From Cladosporium halotolerans (lineage: Eukaryota), in the NCBI RefSeq assembly GCF_011745625.1, contig NW_027191466.1, positions 372,001-436,000 of the forward strand: a stretch of 64,000 nucleotides of DNA, written 5' to 3'. This document shows positions 11,815 through 23,460 of this stretch, one piece after another. The position numbers and the translations under genes are program-made. Within the stretch, counting starts at the first letter, position 1, and each line of letters starts with the position of its first letter. The notes beneath the pieces were generated by a model that made no database searches, was not told the origin of the DNA, and saw nothing but the letters and a program-made list of their open reading frames with translations.

Positions 11815-13457
11815 TTACTTATGACCCTCGTGATCATCGATCTTGGCGACTGAGTTGTTGCCTGGTCGCCACACCGGATCCAGACGCACTCTATGATTGT
11901 CCTCAGACCAGGCGTCCAGGCTCGTCCCGTCCTTGTCTCTAGAAGCAATACAGACCACAGTGTCTGGTACATTAACACCAGACCAGTCGATCAAGTCGTC
12001 ATCGTCAAGATCGGATTCCACATGACGTGTAGGTGGCACCGCTTCGGCCATGACAAGCCAGTCATCGAGATTGTAAGCTGTGCGGGCCTGCGGTGCCAAA
12101 ACAATTCGAGCCTTGCCATCCCGCAGATTCCAGATGTCGCGAGCGATGTACTCGCACTCGCTGGCGCCTGGACAGTCGGACGCAAGGTATCCTTCACTGC
12201 TCACGAGGCGGCCCCAAGGGCCCAGAGCGCCGGTAGAGCTGCCGCCTGACCAGCCTGAGGTGGTTGAAGATCGGAAGCGCAGATGCTGGCTCGTGAAAAG
12301 GGAGGCATCAAAAGCAGCCATGCCGCCCCATCCACTGTAAACAGGGAACGGTCGGCCTTGCAGCCAACGCTCGCAGTTGCCTTTGCTCTCGGTTGAGAAA
12401 GCGTCGGTGACCCAGTCTTCGGAGTCTGATATCGGTGTATAGCCCCCCGGTGTTCTGAATGGATAGACTAGATCACCGCTGATGCCACGTGTGACCCACA
12501 TGTCGTACAGACGAGGAGCCTGTGTGTATGGCGGACTTTTTGGGTCGTACTCAAATCTTCTTGGCTCACATAGCCCGGCTCGTCTTGACGTATTGTACGG
12601 TTGATCGTTCCCCAGTCCGTTCCCATCACCATGTCTGCATTCTGAAGCCGCTGTTGGTGGATCAACTCCAATATGTCTGAACTACAAGTCATCACGTCGT
12701 TCATGAATAGGAGTGTCCCGGCGCCGCTATCATCCGTAGCGTATGGAATCATGGGTGCAAGGGCCAGGTTCCTGATCTCCGACAGCATGACGATGCGATC
12801 CGTAACTCTGAAATCAGACAGCATTCGGGAGGTATGCAGCCAGAGTCCATCTACGCCGATCGCTTGCAAGGCAGATGCAAAGTCGGCCAACAGCCGCCGT
12901 GTGCTGTCGGCGGACCCGTTCTCGTATATACTCACAAACACCCGATTCCGACGAAGAAGAAGGAAAACCGCTTCGAGCAGAGCGAGCGCTTGTGATGGAA
13001 TGATCCCTTCGGAGTTGTGAAGATTGACTGCAATGCTGACAATGGCGGTTCGCCTGGTTTTTTGCCATGATGTTCCAATTTCCTGGGAATGCAGCATTGC
13101 TCTGGTGTACCTCTGTGGTCGCAAAGTGCAGTTCGGATACGCAGGCGATTTCTCGGCTCGTGCCAGGGTAGCAGCGAAGCGTGATCGAAGTGCTTCCCTT
13201 AGCGATTCAATATGACCGTCTTCTGTCCCCAGTAGTACGTCGTCTGTGAATGGTTCTCCCAAAGAGAGGCCCTCAATCTCGTAGAAACGTCGGTCGCTGG
13301 TGAAGTCCTTCGTCGTGCCGAATCCTGAATCTAGAAGGCGAAGTTTAGGCGACGATCCAAGTTGAAGCATGGTACCAACGAAGACTAAGCCTGCTATTGC
13401 CACGAAAGCTGCCACTATCCGGTATTGGCGCACCGACCGCCCTGTCGAAGGACTCAT
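11815..13457 (-). CDS. Glycosyltransferase family 69 (CMT1/CAP59-like alpha-1,3-mannosyltransferase); probable intron 12520..12569
   Basis: N-terminal TM anchor. Motifs FVSIYENGSADST, RIVMLSEIRNLALAP, LFMNDV, GTDW, YDMWVTRGISGD, PFPVYSGWGG and ASECEYIARDIW. The two ORFs join in frame across a 50-nt GTGAGC..CAG intron. Confidence 0.85.
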
Positions 13458-16141
13458 AATGAGCTGCTGGTGCTGTGAGGTATCCAGACTGTTGAAGAGT
13501 GAGGTCCAGAGAAGCGGTAATGTATGAATCCCATTCGAAGGTCACCCGAGAAACATGGCGCAAGCCTCTGTGCTCTTCAGTCGTCAAATCAAGGCTCAAG
13601 GTCGATAGCAGTGGTTTTTGGCTTTACGCATGCTTCGCTGTCGTTCTGGCCTCAAGCAGGCATGTGAAATCAGCAGCTTCTATCGCCCTGCAATGGCCTT
13701 ATCCCTTCAGCCAGAGTTCACAACTTCACGTTTCTGGCAACTGCGATTCTGTTCGTGTCACGCGAAGAACTGAAGCGGATGTTCGTGTGCACTACTCCAG
13801 CCGGCTTCCGCCGCATCTGGTGGCGGAATGTTTGATATCTTATTGGGCGCGGTCCAAATTGAAGGAAGGCAGCATTTGATAGGACCTTAACCGAGCTCAA
13901 CAATGCGCACGATATCTGCCGCGTGTTTTGACCCGTATCACCTCTGCTGCCTCGAACATCTCAAGTCCCTCTCCGTGGAAAACCCCTTGTCGGAGTCATG
14001 GCCCACAAACCCGACACAACCTTAGTATTTTGCTGCATTTACTCTGTTTGAGATTGACATTGGCGGAGCTGGCATCAATGTGTCCAGGCGATACTTAATT
14101 CGACGGTGTCATTCAACATTGCCATTCGAACCAGAATCATGGACAGCGCCACCACATCGCGACTCCTAGCAATTCAGACATGAGCCACATGAATGTTGCT
14201 TCGCAAGGCGTCAGTATCGGCCTCTGTGCTGCCAATTGCGAGGCGATGAACTGGCGCATGGTCGTCTGTAATTGCTACAATCGATACTGTGTCGTCTACT
14301 GCGGTCATCTCCGGTCTGATCCTGGCTTTCGTGATCAGCAATCCATCTGTCACTGCTCTTCTGCCTTACACGGGGTTTCGCCTTCGTACGACGGATAGGA
14401 AATGGTCATGATGGCGGGCTGGGACGCAGCTGATTTTCGTCAATACATGCGCCAGTCTTTTCTTCATAATGCTCTGTTGGAAAGACAGCCAGGAATGAAA
14501 CGTATTGTTCTCTCCCGAACTCCCTCTAACTTCACACAACTCATACCAGATCCCCATGAAGCCGACACAGCAGCACGTCCTCCCGCGCGCATATGGCCTC
14601 ATGTCGCCTAGAGGAAACGCGCTGCAGCATTTCATCGACACCGCAAGCCCCAGCTGATCAGAAAATAAAGTTTGCTTCACACGAATTCTGGTCGAAAAAA
14701 GTCATCACAACTTTAGGGCTTGTGATTGATGCCGCTTTACCCAGCTCATAAGCCATGTATTAAGACAAGCATTCGCTTTCCGTACGCAGACACAGGCGAA
14801 AGCGTTCGCGCCTGCATACAGGATGCTACCGGCACAGCGGCAGCCGGAAAGCAAGCTTTCTTCATCACCACCTATCAATGTCGATCGCTCGAATTGATAC
14901 CTGGCTGTATTCCTCGGCTACCGCACTGCACCGCAACCTCGGCTACAGAATTCATGGTATCGAAACTTGAAACAAAGCTTCACAATCCCCAGCACCAGCA
15001 CAAACCAACACCTCGCCCTCGCCCTCGCGTACCGCAGATCCCCTCTCCCACCATCCCGGACTCAGCCCTCCAGCACAGCGTCAAAAGTGACACCTGCGCA
15101 GCAACGGAGATTGCTGTCCAGGCTTCTACGTAGTGACCAGCAACCCGGCCTCAGCGTCCGGAGCATACAAAAACGGGCAAGAGGTCCCTCGTCCGGGTTT
15201 CGCGTCTGCCGTGGCCTGTCGATCGGTACTTGGGCTGTCAATGCGGTCGGGCCGCTGGGCCCGCCGGTTGAACGCGAGACTGGGATGCCGGGGTTGAGGT
15301 GACAGGTGATCGTCGTCGCTCAGGGAGTGGTTTGTGCGGTGCAGGGGAGGGAAGGAGAGGGGCGTGCGAGGTGTAACTCTAGGAAGTGGTGGGAGTGGGA
15401 GATCGGGCGATTGGGGAGTGGTGGAGTTGGGGAGGTGGTTTGGCAGGTCGGCTGGCCGGGAGGAGTATCTCGATCGCGATGCGCATTTGTTAGGCGAGCA
15501 ACTCGTTGCGGTTGATATCCATCGTGAGTGTCAGCCAGCTCGTCGAAAAATAGACCTACCGTCCGCCGGGCACACGTTTCTAGACCTCGACGCACACGTC
15601 CATGAGCAGTCAACACCCAGCAGGCACCGTCTTCACCAGGGCACACCGTTGCGAAATGAAGATGTGCTCACACAGCCCCACACCGTCCGTCGAGCGTTTC
15701 TTCAGGGCCCAAGCGCGCGCGACGGGTCCGCCGTTAGCTAGCAAGCGAGCCCGGTGTCTGGCGATTTCTCCTAGCCCGGAGTATTGCGCCTTCGTCGTCA
15801 CCGGCCTGCGCAGGGCCGCGAAAGCAGACAGTGCGGGCGCGAAGATAAGTCGAGACCGAGGGATCTTCGTCGCTGCTTGTTGTGTGGGTTGCGTCCGCGT
15901 CGTTGTTGACTGCTGTCAAGGGTCAAGGGGAGAAGAAGCCGGGCGGCAGCAGCCGTCCCTTCCCGAGACTTACCCGCTCGGCTGGCTGGCGGGTGGACGG
16001 CCTTGGGCATCAGGCACGACCTGCGTTATCGATAAGCGATCGCGGGCAGGTACCTTGCTGTACCTGAGCTCTTCAGGCTCCAGCAACCACCACCTTCGTC
16101 GACAAACACCAGAACACGCTCCCCGGCACCACCCACCTACC

Positions 16142-17002
16142 ATGGCGACTCCCAACGGCCGCCTCTCTCCCCCCACTAACACCGCCGCCGCCGGCCCCAA
16201 CGCCCGCACCCAAACCTTCACAACGCCCAACAACGCCTGGCGCATCCTCACCCGCAAACAACCCATCCTCAAAGCGGACCCGATCGAAGCCCTCTCCGCG
16301 CGCATCGGCATCCCGATCCCCGAGATGATCTTCGGCGACAACTTCGTCGCGATCGAGCACGTCCCGTCCGGCTGGAAACTGTCCTTCAACGCCGAAGACG
16401 CGCTCGACCGCGTCTCGAAGACCGAGGAGGGAATGCTGCAGGTCGCCGTCGCGGACGCGTGGAAGAAGGACCGCGAGGGCATGGGCGCGGGCGCGGAGAG
16501 GGTCGTGAGGCCGTTTGACTGGAGCTACAGCACGGATTACAAAGGGACGACGACCTCGCCGGACGGCAAAGCAGCCGGCGAGGAAGGTTGGCAACTCACA
16601 GACCAAAGCCGCGACCCCATCCGCACCGACCTCCTCAGCCGCCCGGACCCGATCCTCTTCTTCGACTCGGTCGACCTGTACGAGGACGAGCTCGCGGACA
16701 ACGGCATCGGCCTGCTCAGCGTGAAAGTCCGCGTCATGCCCGAGCGGCTGCTGCTGCTGGCGCGCTTCTTCCTGCGGCTGGACGGCGTCGTCGTGCGGCT
16801 GCGCGACACGCGCGTGTACGTCGAGCACGGGGGCAGGAAGGTCGTGAGGCAGTACACGGCGCGCGAGGCGGGGTACGAGGCCCTGCGGGAGAGGCTGAGG
16901 GGGATGCGTGAGAATGTCGCGGAGGTGCTGAGGGATGCGAATGCGCTGGCGCCGCTGCTGCCGGTGCTGGAGGATAGGACGGAGGTGTTTGAGGTGCCTT
17001 GA
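16142..17002 (+). CDS. TIP41: TIP41-like PP2A/TOR pathway regulator
   Basis: Motifs IPEMIFGDN, PFDWSYSTDYKGT, DPILFFDSVDLYEDELADNG, VKVRVMP and RFFLRLDGV..RLRDTRVY. Confidence 0.93.
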   Translation: MATPNGRLSPPTNTAAAGPNARTQTFTTPNNAWRILTRKQPILKADPIEALSARIGIPIPEMIFGDNFVAIEHVPSGWKLSFNAEDALDRVSKTEEGMLQVAVADAWKKDREGMGAGAERVVRPFDWSYSTDYKGTTTSPDGKAAGEEGWQLTDQSRDPIRTDLLSRPDPILFFDSVDLYEDELADNGIGLLSVKVRVMPERLLLLARFFLRLDGVVVRLRDTRVYVEHGGRKVVRQYTAREAGYEALRERLRGMRENVAEVLRDANALAPLLPVLEDRTEVFEVP

Positions 17003-18291
17003 GAGGGAGGTGAAGGGAACAGGCAATGCGTGTGTGTGGAGAAAGCAGGGTGACGGCCAGTGGGAAGAGGGAACAGGTTCCGGGCAGTGTCATTCGCCCT
17101 GCCTGCCTGCCGGCCGGCCGTGGTGCGTTGTCCGAAAACGGGCACTCGAGAGAGCTCGCCACTACAACCACAGAGAGAGAGAGCAAGAGCGAGCCCCATA
17201 CCGAGCAACTCCAGTAACCCGGAACACGCACCAAAACCACCCACACGGCTCAGACGCCGCAGCATTACTGGTACTATAGCATAGACACGCAGCCGCAAAA
17301 GCGCGCAATCGTTAAGACGCGGCGCAGTCGCCGCCGCCGCCGCCGCCGCCTCCGAGAGGCTGGCGCTCCGTAAAGTATAGGGTAGGGCAGGGCGCAGCCC
17401 GTCATATGCATGCACGCAAGCGTATCGGATCTGGCATGCGCAAGTCCACACAAATGCATATCACATCTGACATATAACGCTCGCGGGACGGCGATATATG
17501 GGCGCGGCAGCGCCGGGGAAGCTGAGCCTGTTGCGATGGCGGGGGTCCGCTTTTGCGCGCCGTCTTGGCGCGCAGCTTCCAGTCCAGCCTGTTGGGTTTG
17601 GATGCGCGAGGACGTCAGGGTGGCGTGGTGCGTACGGTTTGTTGCGCGTGTTGGTTGTTTCTGGATATGGCGGGAGGCTGGGCAGAAACCTGCGGCGGCG
17701 GTGGCGTTCGGGGTTGATGGGGTTGACGAGGCAAGGAAGGGTGGGTGGTGGTGGTACGTACCTTTTGACAGATGCTCGTACGACGAAGGCGTCAATGGCG
17801 TCGCTTGTTCTGTGTCGAGAACCGATCTGTCACGCATGTCATCGTTTCGCGATCGTGGTTGTTTCGTAGATTGTTTCGTAGACGAGATTGAAGGCTGGAG
17901 AAGAGAAACATGGCGTGATGTGTGATGTGATGTGGTAGACGAGATCGATTTGTTTGATTCATCTAATTTGATACTCTCTCTGCAGCCGATCAACAGCTGC
18001 AAGTTCCATCTCCGGGACGCGAGTCCCAACCCGATTGGTTTCTTTTGTTTGCCCTTTTTGGTATCGATTTGATTCGTAAATTTGACAGCCCATCCGTCAT
18101 CATACACCCAAGAAAAGAAGGAAAATAGATCAGTCGCTGGTCCGCGCCGGGACATTCAGGCTGTCGTGTGGTGGCGCTAAGGCCGGTCATAAAGGTTTCG
18201 TCACCTTCCCAAACACCCACGCTAAGCGCAGTGGAAACAAATGAAAAGAAGGAATGTTCTTAGTTGAACAGATGAAGTGAAAGGCAGTCAA

Positions 18292-18984
18292 TCAAGGAGC
18301 GCCGAAGAAGCCAGCTTGCTGTAAGGGTTGTTAGCGTTTACTCTTGTAAGTGTTATTATGAATGCAACATACCAAGCAAGCCTCGCAAGCATCGTTTGAG
18401 GAACCGCCCATGGTCCAGCCTTTGCAGTTCCTCGCGGCGAAGTAGTAGCACCGGTTGCAGTTTAATTCCTGTGTCTGCACGGGCGGTGGCACTGCCTGTG
18501 CGGGAAGGGGAGGCAGCGGCTTGCTGGTGGGGTTGGAGTGCCTCTTGCCAGGAAGGAAATTGGAGAAGGTGGGAGATTTTGATGAGTCGCCGCTCGTTGG
18601 CCGGGAGGAGTTTGACCGGCTAAGGGAAGGCTCGGAGCGACGCTTGAGACTGAAGTTGCGCAAGCGAAGACGAGGCTTGAGAGAGCGGGAGATGGAGAGC
18701 GAGAGGACGGATTTGGAGTCGTCGCCGGAAGAGTTGGCCTCGACTTCGGCTTCTTCTTCGCAGGCAGGAGTCAATGGTCGAGTGTGGTTGAGGCTCTGCT
18801 GCCAATTGGTGTTGGTGTAGTCGAAGCTTGGTGTGGTGGCATTGATGCTCTCAGTCGAAGAGTATGCGCTCCTGGTCAAGCTCGGTGTCCTTGGTCGATA
18901 GTCTGGGTTGGATTGTTTGGGACTGAAAAGGCCATCCAGGTAGGCAGGACGAGAAGGCCTGTGGCGGAGAGTAGGAACAGACAT
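18292..18984 (-). CDS. Hypothetical Ser/Pro-rich protein with C-terminal Cys motif; exons 18984..18373, 18318..18292
   Basis: ORF followed by a canonical intron 18319..18372 (GTATGT..GCTAAC..CAG), giving the C-terminus CNRCYYFAARNCKGWTMGGSSNDACEACLQAGFFGAP-stop. Confidence 0.8.
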
Positions 18985-21900
18985 GATGCTATGCGAATGC
19001 GAGGTTGATGGAGTGGGGAGAGTGCCTGGTGGAGAAGAGATCGAGTTTGATATCGATGGCCTGCGCGTGCTAGGGAGAAGGTTGCAAGCTTGGTAGTGTC
19101 GTTGTTCGCAACGCAGGAGAGTGATGCTTCGAGGCAGATGAAATGGGTTGCGAGTGGAGGAGGGAAGTGACCCAAGAAGGACAGCAACCGGGTAGGGTTA
19201 AGTAATATGTTTGGGTTGGCCAGGGATCGCAGGGTTGAGGGAGACCTTGTAGTTTAGACCCGCGCGGACACCTGCATGCGACAGGGACCCAAGGGTTGCA
19301 AGGACTGGAGCAGAATGGAGCCGATCCAACACGGTGTGGTGCAAAGCCTAGTGACTGGAGCTGCCGACGATCGCCCAACGACGCAGCAAGGCGCGCTTGT
19401 GAAGGTCTTCCCAAGCGGCAGGACGCGGCACCGGCACTAGTCCGCAAGCCTGCCGGGATCATGCAGTGCGGATGGTCCGCGAGGACGGGGTCCGTGGTGG
19501 CCGTTTGCGAGTGGGACATGGGCCACGATGAGAGCTGGGAGGGCGGAGCGGTGATTTGCAGTGGGCAGCAGGCCGCTAGAGGCGGACCGCCAGCTCCGGA
19601 CAGGCCGGGTGCAGCCGCAGACGCGATGCATGGTTGTGCTAAGAGGCGCTGCTATATGATATGGGCGTGTTATGAGGGAGTGCTATAGAGGCTGCGCGCA
19701 GGGCCAGGGCGGCGGCGGGAAGAGACGCCTCGATCGACCGGCACGCCAGCGCTGGCCCGGGGCCGCGAGCCGGACGTGGGCGCAGGGGAGCTACTGTCGC
19801 TACCCAGCACTAAATCAGCGCGGCGCGTTGCTGGCTCCGGCGGCCTGAGTCGGCGGCGGCGCCAGGGAATACGAAAAGGCGCGAGGCGCGCCACTGTATC
19901 TGCCGATTAGGTGTGGCTCTGCGCCGGCAAGGCGAGGCGTCGTCATCCCTGAACGGCGGCCGTCTGCGTGGTGTCGTCGCAGGAGCCATGACCATGTTAC
20001 AATATTGACCAGAGCGCCGCTGAGGCCGGTGGCCGACGAGCAGAGGATGGCACGTGAGCGCGGCCAGCCCCTGCGCGCCGTCCAGCAACGCGAGTGAGAC
20101 AGACGCAACGGCGACAGGCTGGCGTACCGCTCTTCGTTGCGCATCGTGAAGAAAGCGTGGCCGCACCGCTCCCGTCACGCGTTTTGTCGCACCCCCAGAC
20201 GCCTCCCCTGCCTGCGATCAGCAGCGACACGCGCAGGCTCGGCGTCTGCGTGCGTCCTGTCCTGCTCGCCGGCCTCCCTGCCCACGCTGCGCACCCGATC
20301 CGTGCCACCGGAGTCGCTCGTGTGTGGGCCATCGCAGCAGAGAGCCGCGGCCCGGCGCAAGAGACTCGCTCGCGCGCAGCCACTTCCGGCGACTTGCTTG
20401 ACTCCGCCCAGCAGCATGCGGCAGCAGTAGCCTCAGGCCCGCCGAGGGGGGCGGGACACCTGCCGTGCTCGCATCAACGACTCTGAGGTTGCACTCAGCA
20501 AGCCCACTACTATAGGGGACAGCTATAGCTGGCAACGGCGACCGAAAATACCAGCCGTCTGGTCTGCCGCGAACTCTCCCCAGACGCCTGGAACGCCCCC
20601 GACCGAACGGGTTCACGCACAGGGATGAAACGCCGATCGCTCCGGGAGGGGCAACCTCTCCCAACCACATGAACCCCTCCGAAAACATTATCACACGCCT
20701 ATACTACTGGCCCACGGATCTGTCTCCAGCCATTAATGCGCACCTCGATAAGAGAACCAAGGCGAAGCACTAGCATCTGCAATGGGGCTTATACTGGGTG
20801 GCGGTAAGACACGACGCCTGATGGCTCGCGACTATCGACAAACACGTCCTGACTCCCCACGGAGGTGATTCCTATGCTCCGAGCGACTTTGACGAGCAAG
20901 ATTAGCCGGCTGGAGGCTGTTCGACCCTGCCCAGCCTTATACAGCCTTTCCGTGGCCGCTACAAGGATAAAGCTGCGGCTTTGCTATTTCTACCCGACTA
21001 TCTGTCATGATCGAGGAGGTTTTGGGCTCCAACAGTAAAACGGTGATACTTTTCGTCCCCAAAAGGTCGAAACTCTCATGTAAACTCCAGCCCGTTCAAT
21101 CTTCCATGGAGTTTACGGCTGTTCCGCGGTCGATCTTCTTAATGCCGTCTTGTTGAGACCGTTCCGCCGGCTCTCCTTCTCGAGCGACGGCCAGACTTTC
21201 CTACCGTGTGGACGAAGTCAGATCCCACGAAGCTAGCTTCCAGATTCCGTCCATTGAGAATCCCGAAAGCCTGTTTGAACAATGGCATCGCTAGACGATC
21301 AGGAAAAGCGGAGCTTTCGCATCCCCTCACATCGACAATGATGTGAGACAACGTCTCGGTTCTCGCGCCGATCGTTGGTGGCTGCACCCCGACCGTTTTC
21401 CATACAGGAGACCGAGGGGCAGGAAAGGCCATCTACATATACCTCTCCAGAGGATCTCCGCATCAAATCGACGATTGCAGATCTCTGCTGGTAGTTGTGG
21501 GCATCGCATTCTTGTCAAATCACATCCTCCAGGAGCTCAGGACGACAGAAGCTTTCCACAGCAAAGCCCAGCCAAGACGAGAGTTCTGTGACTGGGAACT
21601 ACCTGTTCTTTGTGGCTGCATATGATCGACCAGGAAGCCATCTACCCAGCTTACCTCGAATACATCGAAGGTCACATCTTGGGATCCGGAGCATTGCCGT
21701 CATCCACAGTCAGTTCTATGGCTGGCCCTCTACCCTGGATCAACTCACGCGGTTTGCGTTCAATGCCATCTCTCCTGAAGTCCCACACGTTGACTGTGTG
21801 CGGGTCCAGAACCGCCGCCTCCACCGCTGTCTCTTCCGCAGACGTCGCACGCTGGTACCATGGCCCATCCCCTCGCAGGGATCCTGTCACCGCCTCCCGC

Positions 21901-22815
21901 GCACGTGTGAAGATCGCCCGTACCAGCGCTCGGACAATATCTCGAATCCTTTCAACCGTCGGAACCAGATCCACGGAGCAATGGCTCGCGCTCCCCGGTT
22001 GGAATGGGCAGACCCCGTTCTCACCACAGCCATGTCAACGCGAACCTGACCGGAACTTGCCTGCCTGAGGACATCGGAGACTTATACCATGGACTTTACG
22101 CCGCCGTGCATATATCACCCATTCACCGCCGCCAAAGCACCGTCGCCTGCATCCCACGGGCCAAGATAAGAACGACTGGTGGCTGGCCGACAGCTTCGCC
22201 TCTCCTCCGCACGCACAACCCCAGCCTTACCCCCAGGTACGCGCCTTCCCCAACCAACGCCCATGCATGCCCGCACCGACGACACGCACGCACCGCTGAC
22301 GCCGCGCAGCGCAGCGCAGCGCGAACACCTGGACGCAGCGCGCGCAACGCAGCAGACGCGCCTCCACTGCCTGCTGCGAGTCTCACATCCCCATCCACGT
22401 CGTCGGTCGCCCGTCCGATCATGGCCGGCTCCTCCACTTCGAATGCTACTTCGCGGTGAAATGCTCCGGTCAACGCAAGCACAGCCGCGATGCCTCCCCC
22501 CGGATAGTCACCGCCTCAAGTCATCGCGCTCCATCCAGCGCCTCGGCGTCGCGTCCGCGAAAGTCGTGACAAATCGCCGTGTCCATTTCGTGCAAGGCAT
22601 CCAAATGGGCTTTCGAGCGCCTGCGCATTAGGCCTGCCGTTTTCTGCTCACCGTATGGCGTGGCAGGGGCGGTGGTTGGGGACGGCGTGTCTGGCTGTGT
22701 TGCTTGTGTACATTTGAGTGGATGACGACGGGGCTTCATGGCTACGGCCGCCTTGAGCGTCTCTTTCGGCGCGCTGAGTGAGGAGGCCGGGTTGGAATCT
22801 GGCGGGCATCGCTTC

Positions 22816-22854
22816 GTCGTCGTCGTCGTCGTCGTCGTCCTCCTCCTCCTCCTC
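22816..22854. repeat. Compound microsatellite (GTC)8(CTC)5
   Basis: Read directly from the sequence. Confidence 0.9.
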
Positions 22855-23072
22855 GTCGCGGCATCCAGCCGCCTTTCTCCAGTCTTCCCTTCCGCAGAGT
22901 CGTTCAAAACCGAAGAATCGTCGCGTCATCCTACTCTCACAGAAGGTAGGTACATGTAAGCATTCAGAGCGGCCAGAAGCGCCAAGGTAAGGCAGGTCGC
23001 AAAAACGAGGTACAGTACGAGGTATCTTTCAAACTTTTGCGTTTCTCCTATCATTTCCGCATACGTACAGGT

Positions 23073-23100
23073 AGACAGACAGACAGACGGACAGACAGAC
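23073..23100. repeat. (AGAC)n tetranucleotide microsatellite, 7 units with one GGAC variant
   Basis: Read directly from the sequence. Confidence 0.85.
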
Positions 23101-23460
23101 ATTCCAACAAGTAGCAGCAGGGTGTACATACAGTAAGGTAGATTTCGAGCCCCCGTTTGCTGAAGGAAAGGGGAAAAACAAACAAAAACGAGAAAAAGGT
23201 AAGCAGGGTATCACGACATGCCGCCCGGAAAACGCAATCAACGCCAGAAAAAAAAAAAAAAAAAATCCCAGAACATACAAACAACCTCAACACCGCAAAG
23301 CGCAAAGCGCAAAGAAAAAAGAACGCCACGCCGTCCCACGCGCGACCGATGACCACTGGTCCCCTCACCGCGCCGCGCCGCGCCATGCATTCATCCATCC
23401 TTTCGCACATCCAATCCCATACCATACCTATCATGTACAACCCAGCCAAAAAACCCAACC

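Noticed and set aside
15602..16141. In-frame 180-aa N-terminal extension of TIP41 in the ORF track
   Set aside because: Not TIP41-like and GC-rich, so likely a chance open frame; ATG 16142 fits the family size.
19193..19201. TAACCCTA on the minus strand as a telomerase RNA template
   Set aside because: It would run into the adjacent coding gene, and I see no recognisable pseudoknot or CR4/5 domain.
20780..20795. CAATGGGGCTTA resembling RNase MRP CR-V
   Set aside because: No upstream GAAAGTCCCC CR-I partner to form helix P4.
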